Positions 27,021 to 42,562 of a stretch of DNA of 64,000 nt are shown here, in pieces. The translations under genes and the position numbers were made by a program. The notes below the pieces were generated by a model, which was not told where the DNA came from, did no database searches, and saw only the letters and a program-made list of their open reading frames with translations. Position 1 is the first letter of the stretch. Every line of letters starts with the position of its first letter. Source of the stretch: the human T2T-CHM13v2.0 reference genome, Homo sapiens; assembly GCF_009914755.1 (NCBI RefSeq), contig NC_060926.1. One strand, given 5' to 3'.

Positions 27021-28312
27021 AACTTCACTAGTTTGTTATTATTAAAGCCCATTTGTGGTAAGGAGTGTCAAAGTTTGTTTATACTTAGTAGTTACTGATC
27101 AACTATTACACAACATGTTTGGGCATACAGTAATTGATCAATAAATATCAGTAAGCCAGAGGGTTCCAACTCTCCAGCCTTAGCTAACTTCCTCTTAAAA
27201 CACGGGTTTTATCCTCATCGTCAAAAGTATTTCAAGCACTTTATTTCTGGAACATGTGGAATCTTTCCTTTTAAAGTATTTTGTAGCCAGTTGCAAAATG
27301 ATGCTGATATTTTGGAAGAATATTAATGTGCCCATCATAAAGGGAGAATAGTTGAGGCTAGGTAGGGGAAATTTGAAGTCCCAGCTTCCTTGTCTGGCTT
27401 GATGGCTGGTCTTCTTAGCATGTGAGTTAATTAGACAGATATGGAAGGATGGAAAGCCAGAGGCGCCTCACGTTGACGATTTCTCTCCGAGTGCTCTCAG
27501 TGCGCAGCACAGAGGATCTCTCGATTGACTGGACGCATGCTCCCACCTTGTGGTGAGATTTGATATCCTCTGGTCTTTTTTCGTCTGTACATCCTGCTGG
27601 GGAAAATGCAACCATTTAGTCAGTGAATGTTTGCTGAGCTCCAGGTGTACTCCCAGGCAGTAGGTACTGGGATACAGACATGAAAGAACAGACAGAATTG
27701 TCCTCTTGAGGCTTACTTTACTGGATATGTGTGTGTGTGTTGGAGGGGAGGGGGATGTAAGATGGGCAATAAAAAATTTATACAGATAAAAAACAAAGTA
27801 ATTTCAGATAGTGCGAAATACTATGACAATGAAGCAAAATGATGCAATGGAGTGACTGGGGAGGAGACCTGTTTCAGTTGGGGTAGCCTGGGATGTTTAA
27901 GCCCAGGCTGACTGATGCACAGAAGTCAGGCTTGCGATGGAAGTCACCAGGATAAGGGAGCAGAATGAAGGCCGGGGGGATGCCTCATGGTCTGCAATAG
28001 GAGAGTGCTTCCAGATGTGGAAGGAGAGGCAGACAGGGGCCAAGTCACAGACACTGCCTTCTAGGCCACTCCAGGTGCCATGGAAACCACTGAGAGGATT
28101 GAAGAAAAGGGACACTAGTTTGAAGTGCCTCGTGAGGCTCTTTGCATTTGTGTGTGGACTTTTCCTTAAACGCAACAAGCATGTGCAAAGGGCCATGCTT
28201 GGAGCTTCCCCAGAAATTGTGAGCAGAGACTCACACTGTATCACTGCACCTTAGAATCATCTGGGGAATTTTACAAAATCCTGTTGCCTGGGCCCTACTC
28301 ATGAGCAGTTAA

Positions 28313-28661
<349 letters not shown>

Positions 28662-29726
28662 GGGCCTCAGTGTTTTGTCCAATCTTTTCAAGTGATTCTA
28701 GGGCACCACCAGAGCAGAGAACTGCTATGTGTCAGGGAACCTCAGCCTCAGCTGAGGGTGGTCAGTGAGAAGCTGACTGTTAAGGCAAGGGCCCCCAGAG
28801 GGTCTGGGGTGAGGTTCTGAGACAGTGGACTTTGGTGTGTGGGGCAGATCATCACAATTATGGGCTACAAAGGGAGAAGGAGAAGAAAGCAGATTGCAGA
28901 GCCCTGGGTATGGATGAGAAAGAGCTGGCTGAGTCTGGACTCACTTGGCTGCATGATTGTATTTATGACAATGGAGGGAAGACAGCTGCAGAAAGGGCAC
29001 AGATTGGAAGGGCGTCAGAGAGAGGCCCGCAGAGGCAGACTGGTGGCTCTGGGGCAGGTTTGGAGGCTCCTGATGGCACCTACCCTGTCTTAACACTTCC
29101 CACCCTAGCCTGTCTCCTAGAGGCCTCTTCTCTCCTCAGAAGTCTCCAGTCAACACAGTTGCATAGAAACTCAAGGCTGGATGCTAGGCTCGCGTCTTCT
29201 TGGCAGCTGGCCTTATACGGGCACACTGTCACAGGCACCAGGCTCTGTGTGGATAAATCTTCAATGCTGTTACGGTTGCACGCGACAGCAAACCCAACCC
29301 AAAACTGCTTAAGCAAAGAGGACATGTACAAGCTCAAGTGACAGAAGAGTTTAGGGCGTGGATTTAGGTGTGGCTTGATCTGGAACCAACCACTATGGCC
29401 AGGGGAATGCAAGGCTCTGATTGGTCCAGCCTGAGTCACATTCGGCCAATGGGAGCGGGGAATGGAGTCAGCACCACCGTCCAAAGAAAAGGTCTGAGAG
29501 TCAGGACAGCAGAAGAAAATCATCGGTGCTCTTACGTCAAAACTGGGGCAAAGGCATGCTTGTATGACCCGAACCAGGCAATGTTTCCTGTGGTAGTCCC
29601 ATAACATGGAGGAAGAGTGTGGAGCTTATGATCTTCCTTGTCTGATTAATCAGTTTTGGTAACTGGAGGCTGGGCTTGGTGATTTTGAGGTGCAAAGGCT
29701 GTGGCCTCAAGTTTGTTGAGGGATGA

Positions 29727-32017
29727 TGTATTAGTCCATTTGCTGCTGATAAAGACATACCCAAGACTGGGCAATTTACAAAAGAAAGAGGTTTAATTGG
29801 ACTTACAGTTCCACGTGACCGGGGAAGGTCTCACAATCATGGTAAAGGGTGAAAGGCACTTCTTACAGGTCAGTGGGCAAGACAGAATGAGGAAGAAGCA
29901 AAAGTAGAAACCCCTGATAAACCCATCAGATCTCGTGATACTTATTCACTATCATGAGAATATTATGAAAAAGACCGGCCCCGTGATTCAATTACCTCCC
30001 ACTGGGTCCCTTCCACAACACGCGGGAATTCTGAGAGATACAGTTCAGGTTGATATTTGGGTGGGGACACAGCCAAATCATATCATTCTGCCCCAGGCCC
30101 CTCCCAAATTTCATGTCCTCACATTTCAAAACCAATCATTGCCTTCCCAACAGTCCCCCAAAGTCTCAACTCATTTCAGCATTAACCCAAAAGTCTACAG
30201 TCCAAAGTCTCATCTGAGACAAAGCAAGTCCCTTCCGCCTATGAGCCTGTAAAGTCAAAAGCAAGTCAATTGCTTCCTAGATACAATGGGGGTACAGGCA
30301 TCGGGTAAATACAACCATTCCAAATGGGAGAAATTGGCCAAAACAAAGGGGCTACAGGGCCCATGAAAATCTGAAATCCAGCAGGGCAGTCAAATCTTAA
30401 AGTTCCAGAATGATCTCCTTTGACTCCATGTCTCACATCTGGGCCATACTGATGCAAGAGGTGGGTTCCCATGGTCTTGGGCAGCTCCACCCCTGTGGCT
30501 TTACAGGGTGCAGCCTTCCTCCTGGCTACTTTCATGGGCTGGCATGCAGTGTCTGAAGCTTTTCCAGGCACACGGTGCAAGCTGTCTGTGGATCTACCAT
30601 ACTGGGGTCTGGAGGATGGTGGCCCTCTTCTCACAGCTCCACTAAGGAGTGCCCCAGTAGGGACTCTGTGTGGGGGCTCTGACCCCACATTTCCCTTCTG
30701 CACTGCCCTAGCAGAGGTTCCCCATGAGGTCCCCACCCCTGCAGCAAACTTTTGCCTGGGCATCCAGGCATTTCCATACATCTTCTGAAATCTAGGAGGA
30801 GGTTCCCAAACCTCAGTTCTTGATTTCTGTGCACCCACAGGCTAAACACCACTAGGAAGCTGCCAAGGCTTGAGGCTTGCACCCTCTAAAACCATGGCCC
30901 CGAGTGCTACATTGGCCCCTTTCAGCCATGGCTGGAGTGGCTGGGACACAGGGCACCAAGTTCCTAAGATGCACACAGCATGGGGACCCTCGGCCTGGCC
31001 CCAGGAAACCACTATTTCCTTCTGGGCCTCCTGGCCTGTGATGGGAGGGGTTGTTGTGAAAGTCTCTAACATGGCCTGGAGACATTTTCCCCATGGTTTT
31101 GGGGATTAACATTAAGTTCCTTGCTACTTATGCAAGTTTCTGCAGCCAGCTTGAATTTCTCCCCAGAAAACAGGTTTTTCTTTTTTATCGCATCATCAGG
31201 CTGCAAATTTTCCAAACTCTTATGCTCTGCTTCCCTTATAAAACTGAATGTTTTTGATGGCACCAAATCACCTCTTCAATGCTTTGCTGCTTAGAAATTT
31301 CTTCTGCCAAATATCCTAAATCATCTCTTTCAAGTTCAAAGTTCCACAGATCTCTAGGGCAGTGGCAAAATGCTGCCAGTCTCTTTGCTAAAGAGTCACC
31401 TTTACTCCAGTTCCCAACAAGTTCCTCGTCTCCATCTGAGACCACCTCAGCCTGGATTTTATTATCCATGTCGCTATCAGCATTTTGGACAAAGCCATTC
31501 AACAAATCCCTAGGGAGTTCCAAACTTTCCCATATTTTCCTCTCTTCTGAGCTCTCCAAACTATTCCAACCTCTGCCTGTTACCCAGTTCCAAAGTTGCT
31601 TCCACATTTTCAAGTATCTTTTCAGCAATGCCCCACTCTACTGGCACCAATTTACTGTGCTAGTCAGTTTTCACGCTGCTGATAAAGACATACCTGAGAC
31701 TGGGCAATTTACAAAAGAAAGAGGTTTAACTGGACTTACAGTTCCACGTGGCTGGGGAAGGTCTTACAGTCATGGGGGAGGGCAAAAGGCACTTCTTACA
31801 TGGTGGTGGAGAGAGAGAATGAGGAAGAAGCAAAAGTGGAAACCCCTGATAAACCATCAGATCTCATGTGACTTATTCACTATCACGAGAATAGTACGGG
31901 AAAGACTGGCCCCCATGATTCACTTACTTCCCACTGGGTCCCTCCCACAACACGTGGGAGTTCTGGGAGATACAATTCAAGTTGAGATTTGGGTGGGGAC
32001 ACAGCCAAACCATATCA
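29727..32017 (-). mobile_element. Full-length THE1 MaLR retroelement (THE1C-like): LTR-internal-LTR
   Basis: Direct-repeat LTRs 29727-30085 and 31656-32017, each TG...CA and ending ggggacacagccaaa(c/t)catatca; ~1.57-kb THE1 internal region; 4/5 TSD GATGA/GATGG. Confidence 0.95.
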
Positions 32018-32224
32018 GATGGGAAGAGTTACTTGTCATAAGTAGCATACTGGACAATGACAGGCTGTCTTGCTTGCTTTCCCACACTGCCTCCTTCCCC
32101 AAATAGAGTAATTCCCTTTGGGAAAGAAATGTCTGTCCACAGTGACAAAGAGTGGAAAGAGGAAAAGATTACCCCCTGTCCCCACCTCCATTCCATGGTT
32201 GGGGTGATATGTAGAGACATTTTC

Positions 32225-33220
32225 TTTTAAAATAGACTTTATTTTTTAGAGCAGTTTTAGATTCTCAGCACAATTGAGCAGAAGAGACAGAGGTTTCCCT
32301 GCTTCCACCCCACAACTTCCCCATTATCAACACTGCACACCAGAGTGGTACGTTTGTAACAATCCATGCACCTGCACTAACACATCATTATCACCCAAAC
32401 TCTGCAGTTTCCATTAGCGTTTACTCTTAATGTACATCCTATGAGTTTGGATGTACACGTATTTACCTTACTGTTTCCTTAGTTTTGCCTTTTCCAGAAT
32501 ATGGTATAGTTGAAATCATATACTATGTGCTCTTTTAAGACTGGTTTATTTCATTTAATTATAGGCACTTAATTTTGCTTCACATCTTTTCATGGTTTGA
32601 TAGCTCATTTCTTTTCAATGCTGAAAAACATTCTGTTTCCTGGATAGACTGGTTTATTTATCCATTCACTCATTGGAGGACCTCTTGGTTGCTTCCAAGT
32701 TTTGGCAATTATGAATACAGCTGCTATAAACATTCACGTGCAGGTTTTGGTGTGGTCATAAGTTTCAATCCCTTTAGAGATTGTGCCAGGTAGTACAACT
32801 GCAGGATCATATGATAAGAGCATGTTTAGTTTTGTATGAAAATGCCATACTGGCTTCCAAAGTTGGCTGTATCATTTTGCATTCCCACCAACAAGCAATA
32901 AGAAGAGCTCCTGTTGCTCTACATATTCACAAATATTTGGTATTGTTTGTGTTCTGGATTTTGGCCATTTTAATAAATGTGTAGTGGTATCTCAATTGTT
33001 GTTTTAATTTGAAATTCCCTAATGACATATGAGGTGAAGCATTTTTTCATATGCTTATTTGCCATCCATATATCTTTGGAGAGGTTAAGATCTTTAGCCT
33101 ATTTTTAAAAAGGATTTTTTTATTTTCTTAATATTGAGTATATTTTGGATAAGAGTTCTTTATCAGAAATGTATTTTGCAAATATTTTGTCCTGGTCTGT
33201 GGCTTGTCTTCTCATTATCC
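32225..33220 (-). mobile_element. Old L1 (L1MB-like) 3' end
   Basis: atagactttattttttagagcagttttagattc start; ttggttgcttccaagttttggcaattatgaa motif. Confidence 0.85.
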
Positions 33221-33395
33221 TGGTGTAGACAGTTTTTACGTAAGTGGAGCTAGTTCCTTTATATCAGTCATAAACAGTATATGTCTGTTGCCAGGGCCAG
33301 AGTAATGGGGATATAATGCACACACAGACTGGATTGGGTGACAGTAAGGTGTTATGCAGAACTTATGAGAATAGGAAGCAAGTCTCAGTTCAGTA

Positions 33396-34050
33396 TGTTA
33401 AAAGAAAACCTTTAAACAAATTAAATTTAACAGCATTTCACTGAGCAAAGAATGAGAGAATCAGCAGTTGCAAAAAAAGAATAGGTTAGGAGTGACTCCA
33501 GGGCTGCCACATGGCCGGCTAATATTTGTGGGCAGAACAAGGAAAGTGATGGATAGAAAATGGAAGTAAGATACAGAAACAGCTGGATTGGTTTCAGCTC
33601 AGCATTTGCCTTATTTGAACATGATTTGAACAGTTGGCCACCTGTGATTGGCTGAAACTGTGTGATTGATACAAGAGTAAGTTACAATTTGCCCACACAT
33701 CCAGTTAGGTTATACTTCACAATATTTGAAGAAACCTTTAGGCTGAACTTAAATTATGTAAGGAAGTAGCTTTAACTTAATTTAACAATTTCCCCTTTAG
33801 GAAGTTGACCAAAACTCTAGGCATTGACGTCAACAGTTAGGGCCAAGGGGAGTTCCCTATTATGCTGGAATCTCCTATTTTTAAGAGAACAGAAACTGGT
33901 CTGTTTGGAGATCTATCTGCTTTCTTAAAGTTTCAGTTTGATTACATGGCACTTAGCATGCATGACTCTATTTTAGTTTGATCTGGTCTGTTGGGGCCTA
34001 GTGCAGTAGCTCAGCCCAGAACAATGCCTTTCATAATTTTGTTTAACTAG
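33396..34050 (-). mobile_element. ERV1 LTR (MER57-like) plus adjacent internal fragment
   Basis: LTR 33396-33787 with TGTTAAA...TTTAACA inverted termini, followed by antisense polypurine tract atttccccttt. Confidence 0.75.
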
Positions 34051-35145
34051 TACCAGCAACTAGAATCATCAGATTGGAAGGCGGTGAGCAGCAGTACCTG
34101 TTGGAGGTAGCTGCATGGTGGCTGTGGGCTGAGTAGAGTCTAAATGAATGCAAGGTCACATAAGGGTTATCACATAGTAAGGGCTCAAGCTGTCATTATT
34201 GATGAGTTCCTTTTTGTTGGAATCCCTAAGAAATCTTTTGGGCTTCGCCAAATTAGAAATTAAATATCTAGATTTTTCCTGCTAATATCTGTGAATCCAG
34301 AACTGTGGTCAGAAGTCCAGAAAACAAATGAACATTGACAGATTTCAAAAGAGTGAAAGAGGGAAAGAAAGAGGGGACGAAGAAAGGAAGGAAGGGAGAA
34401 ATGAAAAATATAAAGAAAAGAAAAGAAAGAAATGAGAGGAGAAAATCAAGCCAGCAGGGAAGCAAGAAATGAAAGGTTTTCTAGCAGGTTTTTCAGATGC
34501 AGAAGTGTGTGGTTTAAAATCACAGGTGAGCACAGCAGACCCTTGTCCCCACACCTCCCCTTCTCCCCGACTCCCTTGGCTTAGGGTCAGCTCCCCACCC
34601 ACTCTGTTGCCTGGGAAAGGAAAAAAGGCTGGAGGAGAGGGGACTTTGTCCAAGACCCCATAGCTAGCTCAGGGCACTTGTGCCCCTTCTACTTAAAAGC
34701 TCTAAAGAATTAATTTCTTGGATGTAAGACAGTTAGAACCTCAGATACAAACTGGAAGTCATTAACACTTGAGTAAAGGTAACAGGGAACAGATTTGCAG
34801 AATTAAGGAAAGAGACCAAGCAGAAAGCAGATAACTTAATTTCCATAATTTAGACAGTCGTGCAATTTAACAACCAGATTGACAACCTTGAAAGTTTGTC
34901 AAGGAGAAATAACTCCCAAGTCATAAGAACTCATAAAGCAAAGAAGAATGGAAAGTACAACAAACTAATTTTCTTTTTGGAAGTAAACAATACCTTTTTC
35001 AAAATAATCAGATTCATAAAATTATTGTCCTTGCCAGTTTGTCACATGCAGGAGGAGAAGTCCAATAAAGCATAGGTACAGCACCTGGACTGATGGACAT
35101 TAGCACTTGGCTTCCTATTCTCCCTGCTGGTACTCTGCGGTGTCT

Positions 35146-35448
<303 letters not shown>

Positions 35449-37460
35449 ATCTTTTCCAGTGGTTTATTCTGCCCCTGGCCCATGGTCTCAAGTGCTGGAA
35501 AGGATTTTCCCCACATTTATAGCTCTGAAGTTGAGCTTTTTATCACCTCGCTTTTTGGCTCCCAAGTCTTGCTGCTGGGTAGAATTACCTGGAAAGCTGG
35601 CTGCACCTCCCAGATATTTGATTCTTGTGGTGGCATCCAGCTTCTGATCTTTTAAAAAGTCTACAAGGTGATTCTTATGTACATTGAGAACTCTTCCAGC
35701 CCCCAGTGGAGCCCTAGTCTTTATAATTCACAGTTGCCAAAGTTCAGGGACATTTGTGGAGCTTTCTGAGGGCTTCCTTAGAAAATGCGTGAAGAGGCAT
35801 TTTCTTGTATTCCCCCTAAAAGAAGTCTCACAGTCTCTCCAACCTCCTATCAAGAGATCCTACTGAGAATTCCTGTAGGCAGAAGCTGGGGCACCTGTTT
35901 TTGTTGGTTTGTTTCAAATAGGCTTATAGTGTAATATCAATTTCTAGAACAAAAAATGAACCTATTAACAAGGAAAATGCATACTCAATAACTTCATCAT
36001 CACAAATTTTAAAAACAAGGCACTAAACTATCTGGAGAAGATAAATATACCAGAGATAAAAACCAATAACCATGTAGGATGTGGGAAAAGCGGTGGCAAG
36101 TATAAAATACGTGGCATTAATCCAGACTTTAAAAAAAAAATAAAATTCTACATGGAACACCTAACCAAGTAATTAAAACAGTTAGAAAATCAACAAATCA
36201 GTCAGCCCTTGCAAAAAACTAATTGTAACTGAAAAAAATCATAAAAATATTGCAACAAAGTAGTATTAACTGAAGAATGGAAACTAGGATTTGATTCTTT
36301 ATTTTAAAGTATAGTCATACTGGACCAGCCAACATGAAAAAGACCAGCCAACATGAAAAAGAAGGAGTATTGCGAGAATATTACTTGTTTTTAAAGGGCA
36401 ATTATCATCATTTAAAAAGGCAATTATCGTCAGAGAAAAACCTTATTTTCCCCAATGTTATATACCAGTTAATGTAACAGTAACTATTATGAAATACCGT
36501 GCAAATTAAATTAAACCACAAACTGCCAGAAAGTCCAGCTTTTGATTAAGGAAGACACACACCATTCAAATGTGGAGGTTCTAGGAATAAGAGAGCCTGG
36601 TGCTTAGGGGAGCCAGGACTGCTGGTGCTGCCAACTCCTCTCTCCCTGACAGAAGGTGCTGTCGATCATTCTCCTTTCCTGTCTGGTGGTTGCTGGGGCA
36701 GGTCCCCACACTCAGCAGTGGGGTTCTATGGAGGAGGGTGTGTCACTGGTGACTCCATTCCCACAGTGCTCCTTTCTATCTGTGCTTCTCCCTGGGTTCT
36801 AAGGCCTGAGCTCAGACCCCCACTGCTTCCCATATCCCAAATGCTGTGGACAGATTGACCCTTCGTCTAACCACTTAGGAACCTCAGTCATTGTCCCCGT
36901 TCTCTCTCTCAAATACCCCAACGACTAGAAGCCGCTGTCCCTTTCCACACATACACCACTCCCAACCACAGCCTTCCTTCAAAATCCTTCTCTGAGTAGC
37001 TTCTTAGTCTTCACCCACCTGCCATTTAGTTCCTCTGACCCTTCTGTACAACATTTATTACCGCAAACCTTCAAGACACAGGTGACTTGTGTACTGACCT
37101 TCTGTTTACTGATCCTTTGGTGAATATTGATTACTCCTTCCAAGAGTAGACAGGATGACTCTATATTTTCTTGTTTGATCAGAGGTAAGGACCAAAAAGA
37201 AACATTATATAAAGTCCGTTGTCCTATGCATTATGGGAACTGTGATTATAGAATATATTGTCCCTGATTTCTGGAAGTTCAGAGTCTTGAATAAGATGTA
37301 ACACATGTATACAAAACAACTACTACAGAAATGCAACTCAGATGTGTTGGTAAGATCACAAGTTCTTTGAGAGTTCAGGAGAAGATAGTGGCTGGGAAGT
37401 GAAAGAAGACCCCATGGAAAGGTAGCGACTAAGCTGGGTCTAAGTAATTTTTAGATTGCT

Positions 37461-37714
37461 CTGTAATCCCAGCACTTTGAGAGGCCGAGGCGGGCGGGTC
37501 ATGAAGTCAGGAGATCGAGACCAACCTGGCTAAGACGGTGAAACCCCGTCTCTACCAAAAATACAAAAAAAAAAAAATTAGTCAGGCATGGTGGCGGGCG
37601 CTACCCGGGAGGGTGAGGTGGGAGAATGGCGCGAACCCGGGAGGCAGAGCTTGCAGTGAGCCGAGATCGCGCCACTGCTCTCCAGCCTGGGCGACAGAGT
37701 GAGACTCTGTCTCA

Positions 37715-37763
<49 letters not shown>
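37461..37763 (+). mobile_element. 5'-truncated AluY with (AAT)n tail
   Basis: Begins at ctgtaatcccagc; ~12-bp internal deletion in the right arm; TSD core TTTAGATTG. Confidence 0.92.
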
Positions 37764-37868
37764 TTTAGATTGTTTAGAAATTTTCGTAGTATTTAAATAT
37801 GCCAGAGATAAAAACCAATAACCGTATAGGAAAGAAAAATATAACTGGTTGGGATCCCAGACAGATGT

Positions 37869-38593
<725 letters not shown>

Positions 38594-39089
38594 GATGTAG
38601 AGACAGGAAACAGTTGCGATAGCACGAGTGTAGAAACTCTGTAATTATGCTCTCTAAAGGGGATATTTTTCCAACATTTAGAAAAATAATATGCTGAGAT
38701 GAGAGTTTTACATTCTATAATGAAAGACATTAGAGGAGATAGTATAAAACAAATATTGTCTGACCTGTGGATAATTCAGTCCCAGGATAGTACATGTCTA
38801 GACTCTCATTCCATTACCAGTGAGTGGTGCAGACTGTGCCTCCTGACATTGACTGTCCCACATCACTTTTCTCATATTAAATCTTAAAGCCAGATAAGGG
38901 AAAAGTATGAGCAAACACCTGGAAACTGAAAAAAAAAAGGGGTGTATCTAGGGGACAGTGAATGAGTAAACCATTTTATCTTGAGAAAACACCTCCATGA
39001 GGGAATAGTAGAGAAGGCAGGGGTGTTTTGTGGCCATCATTTTGATTTCACTCTTTGATATCATTACCTTTTGGTTGGTGCATTTTTCT

Positions 39090-39930
39090 AGTCTGTTTTG
39101 ATGCCAAGGCAATAAATTTTTCTTTTGGATGTTGTGTTTTTTAGCTGTAGAATTTTCATTTAATTTTTAATTTTAATTTTTATAATTACTATTTTTCTTG
39201 ATTTTTCCCCATGTGTTGTTCACTTATAGTCACTCTTTCCTTTAAATTTCTGAACATGCACACTTATGATGCTATTTTAAAATCCTTGTTTGCTAATTCC
39301 AATATCATGTCTGTGTCTGTTTCTACTGACTCTATTTACTCTTGGTTATGGGCTAGATTTGCCTGCTTCTTCAAATATCTAATAATTTTATATTGTGTCC
39401 TGGCCACTGTGGAGGCTATGTTTCTGAGAGTCTGGACTTTATTGTTTTCTTTTAAGGAGTCATGGATTTTGCTGATTTATTGGTGGATAAGCTTGATCTT
39501 ATTGAGTGTTTGTTTTAGACTTTATTAAGGTCAGTCTGGAGTTTCCCTTATTCTATGGCGAGAGAAATCCTATTCTTAAGTCATGGCCTTTATTGGAATC
39601 TAAATTGAATGCTCAGGGTGTTCAGCAACATCTCTTCACTCTACATGGTCAGAACTCCAGATTCTTTCAGTACATGTGATCTCTGGAATCTGTTCAGCTC
39701 CATACCCCAGCCTCCCCATGGCTGTTCTCTGCTAGGCTTTAGTATTTGGCCAAAGATTTAAGATAACCCATGTCCAGGGGATCACAAGCCTGCATTGTCT
39801 ATTATCCAATATCTGAAAAACAGTTACTTTACATATTTTGTTTAGTTTTGATAGTTTACCACAGTAAGAGGGTACTCTTACTCTTACTCTTTCACAGTAA
39901 AAGTGTACTTTTACTCTCTCATGCCTGGAA
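39090..39930 (-). mobile_element. Old L1M fragment
   Basis: T-rich antisense L1M-like sequence (gctattttaaaatccttgtttgctaattccaatatc); approximate ends. Confidence 0.6.
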
Positions 39931-40611
39931 CCAGAGGTGTCTCACTTCTAAAACTCTTTTGTGAAGCTGGTACTGCATAGCCAGGTACCATGGTGCTAGC
40001 CAAATTCCCAAGAATAACAGTGCCTCCTTCTTTGAGATTCCCAGCAGGATCTGTTTTCTTGCATTAATTTAGATAAACCAATTATTACCCTTGGTTTACA
40101 CCAATACGAACAAGTAATGTGAGAGTTCTGCCCTACTGTCTGTCAGTCTGACAATAACTAGGACACTATTCCACTCTGGGCACCACACTTTTAGTGAGAC
40201 ATAGGCCACCCAGAGCTCAACCAGAGGAGAATGGCTAGAATGTTGCAGGTAATCTATTTTGTTGTGGATCAGTAAATAGAACTGGGGATATTTAGACTAA
40301 TTTCTTTAACCTTAGTCTTTGTTTTACGAATCATTGTGATTGCTACCAGATTTTATTCTGTCAGCAAAATATTTTTGGGGATGACTATTCTCTTCCTTGC
40401 CATTTCTAATTTATGAATTATTTAATGATATGTATTTAACTATGTGGCTTCTCAATTTTTGTCTGGAAAATTACAAATTCCTTTTCAGTTTTTTTCCATT
40501 TTATTTTATCCTCTTTGAGCTCTTTGTTTTCTGAGTTAAATTCTTACTAATTTACTCTATAGCGTAAAATAATTGTGAAGAATTTCTTCCAATTCTTTGT
40601 GGCATTATCAC

Positions 40612-40868
40612 CAAGGCTGACTCATCCATTGAACACAGTAGGCCCAGTGTCTAAGACCCACAGTACTTTCAGAGGCCCAGGAAAGTGTTTTAAATTTTAT
40701 TTCTTTTAAAGGCAAAAAATAAAGATAATAATATTAATATATAATATTAAGTTCATATTGGATTATATTAAATAATGAAAATGAGGTCATAAAATATTGT
40801 TTTTATGGAAGAGGAAGCTCACATAGACAAAAGTTCCTAGAAGCCACAGAAGTCATAGCATGACCCTG
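40612..40868 (+). mobile_element. hAT MITE (MER53-like)
   Basis: CAAGG...CCCTG termini with 8-bp TSD ATTATCAC/ATTATCAT, the typical hAT TSD length. Confidence 0.75.
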
Positions 40869-41930
40869 ATTATCATCCGTAACAAAATTAACATGAATTC
40901 CTTGGTATCATTTATTACCTTTCTCATAATTGAATTTTCCCAACTATATGAACATTATTGTTTTATAGTTGGCTTGTGAGCCCAGGATCCAAATAAAGGG
41001 TAACACATGAAATCTGATTATCATGACCCTTGAGTCTCTCATCTAAACTGGCCCCTCTGCCCTCTTAGCCTGACGCCACTAACCTGTTGCAGATATTAGG
41101 CTAACTGTCCTAACCAGATTGGTTTTCCTACCACTTAGATTTGTGTATTTGCTTCTTTGTGGTGTCATTTACTCTCTTTCTTTATTTCCTATATTTCTTG
41201 TAATGGAAGCTAGTACTACAGGCTTAATGAATCCATGTGTAACTTCTGTGGAAAGGACGTTTTACAGAAAATGAGGTGTGCTTCATGCCGGTTCATAACG
41301 GAGACTTCCAATGTCTGTTAACTCCAATTTTATTGGTGCTAAGGTTTATTGCATTCAGGTAGTCATAGATTATTTAATACATGAATATTGCTGCCTGAAC
41401 ATTTTTTATTAGGCTGTGAAATTGGTGAGTTTTTAACTTCATTCTTGTCATAGCAGTTTTCCTCATCATCTAGAAGTATTTTGTTCTTTACAATTCATAC
41501 ATAAAAGTTTGGATAAATGCTTATTTTTTCCCTTAAAATGCCAATTTTTATATTAAGTAGTTGGTATACTTGTTGCTTTTATTGGTATTCAATGGATTAT
41601 TACCTTTTCCTGCTGTAAAGCTCACAAGTAACCACAATGTGATGGCAATGAGTTGCCCATAACTGGCGTGTGGTCCTCTTAATCCTGGTCTCCAATGAAA
41701 GGAAACAGGGTTCCTTAAAGGATAAGGAATCAAGTTTCCTTGAGAGAATGGCTGATTCTGGGTCTAGGGCAGGAAATATACAAGATGATCCTGGAATATT
41801 TTCCATGCCAGAAAGCTAGGAAGTTATCAAAGTGTAATGGCTTGAGTCAAAAGGACATAGGGGCTCTTACTAGTCAAAAATAGATCAACAAGAACATAAA
41901 AAATAAAAACGATTAAAATAAATTGACTCA

Positions 41931-42562
<632 letters not shown>

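Noticed and set aside
30266-32106. 190- and 275-aa ORFs
   Set aside because: Inside THE1 internal/LTR sequence; MaLR-derived frames, not host genes.
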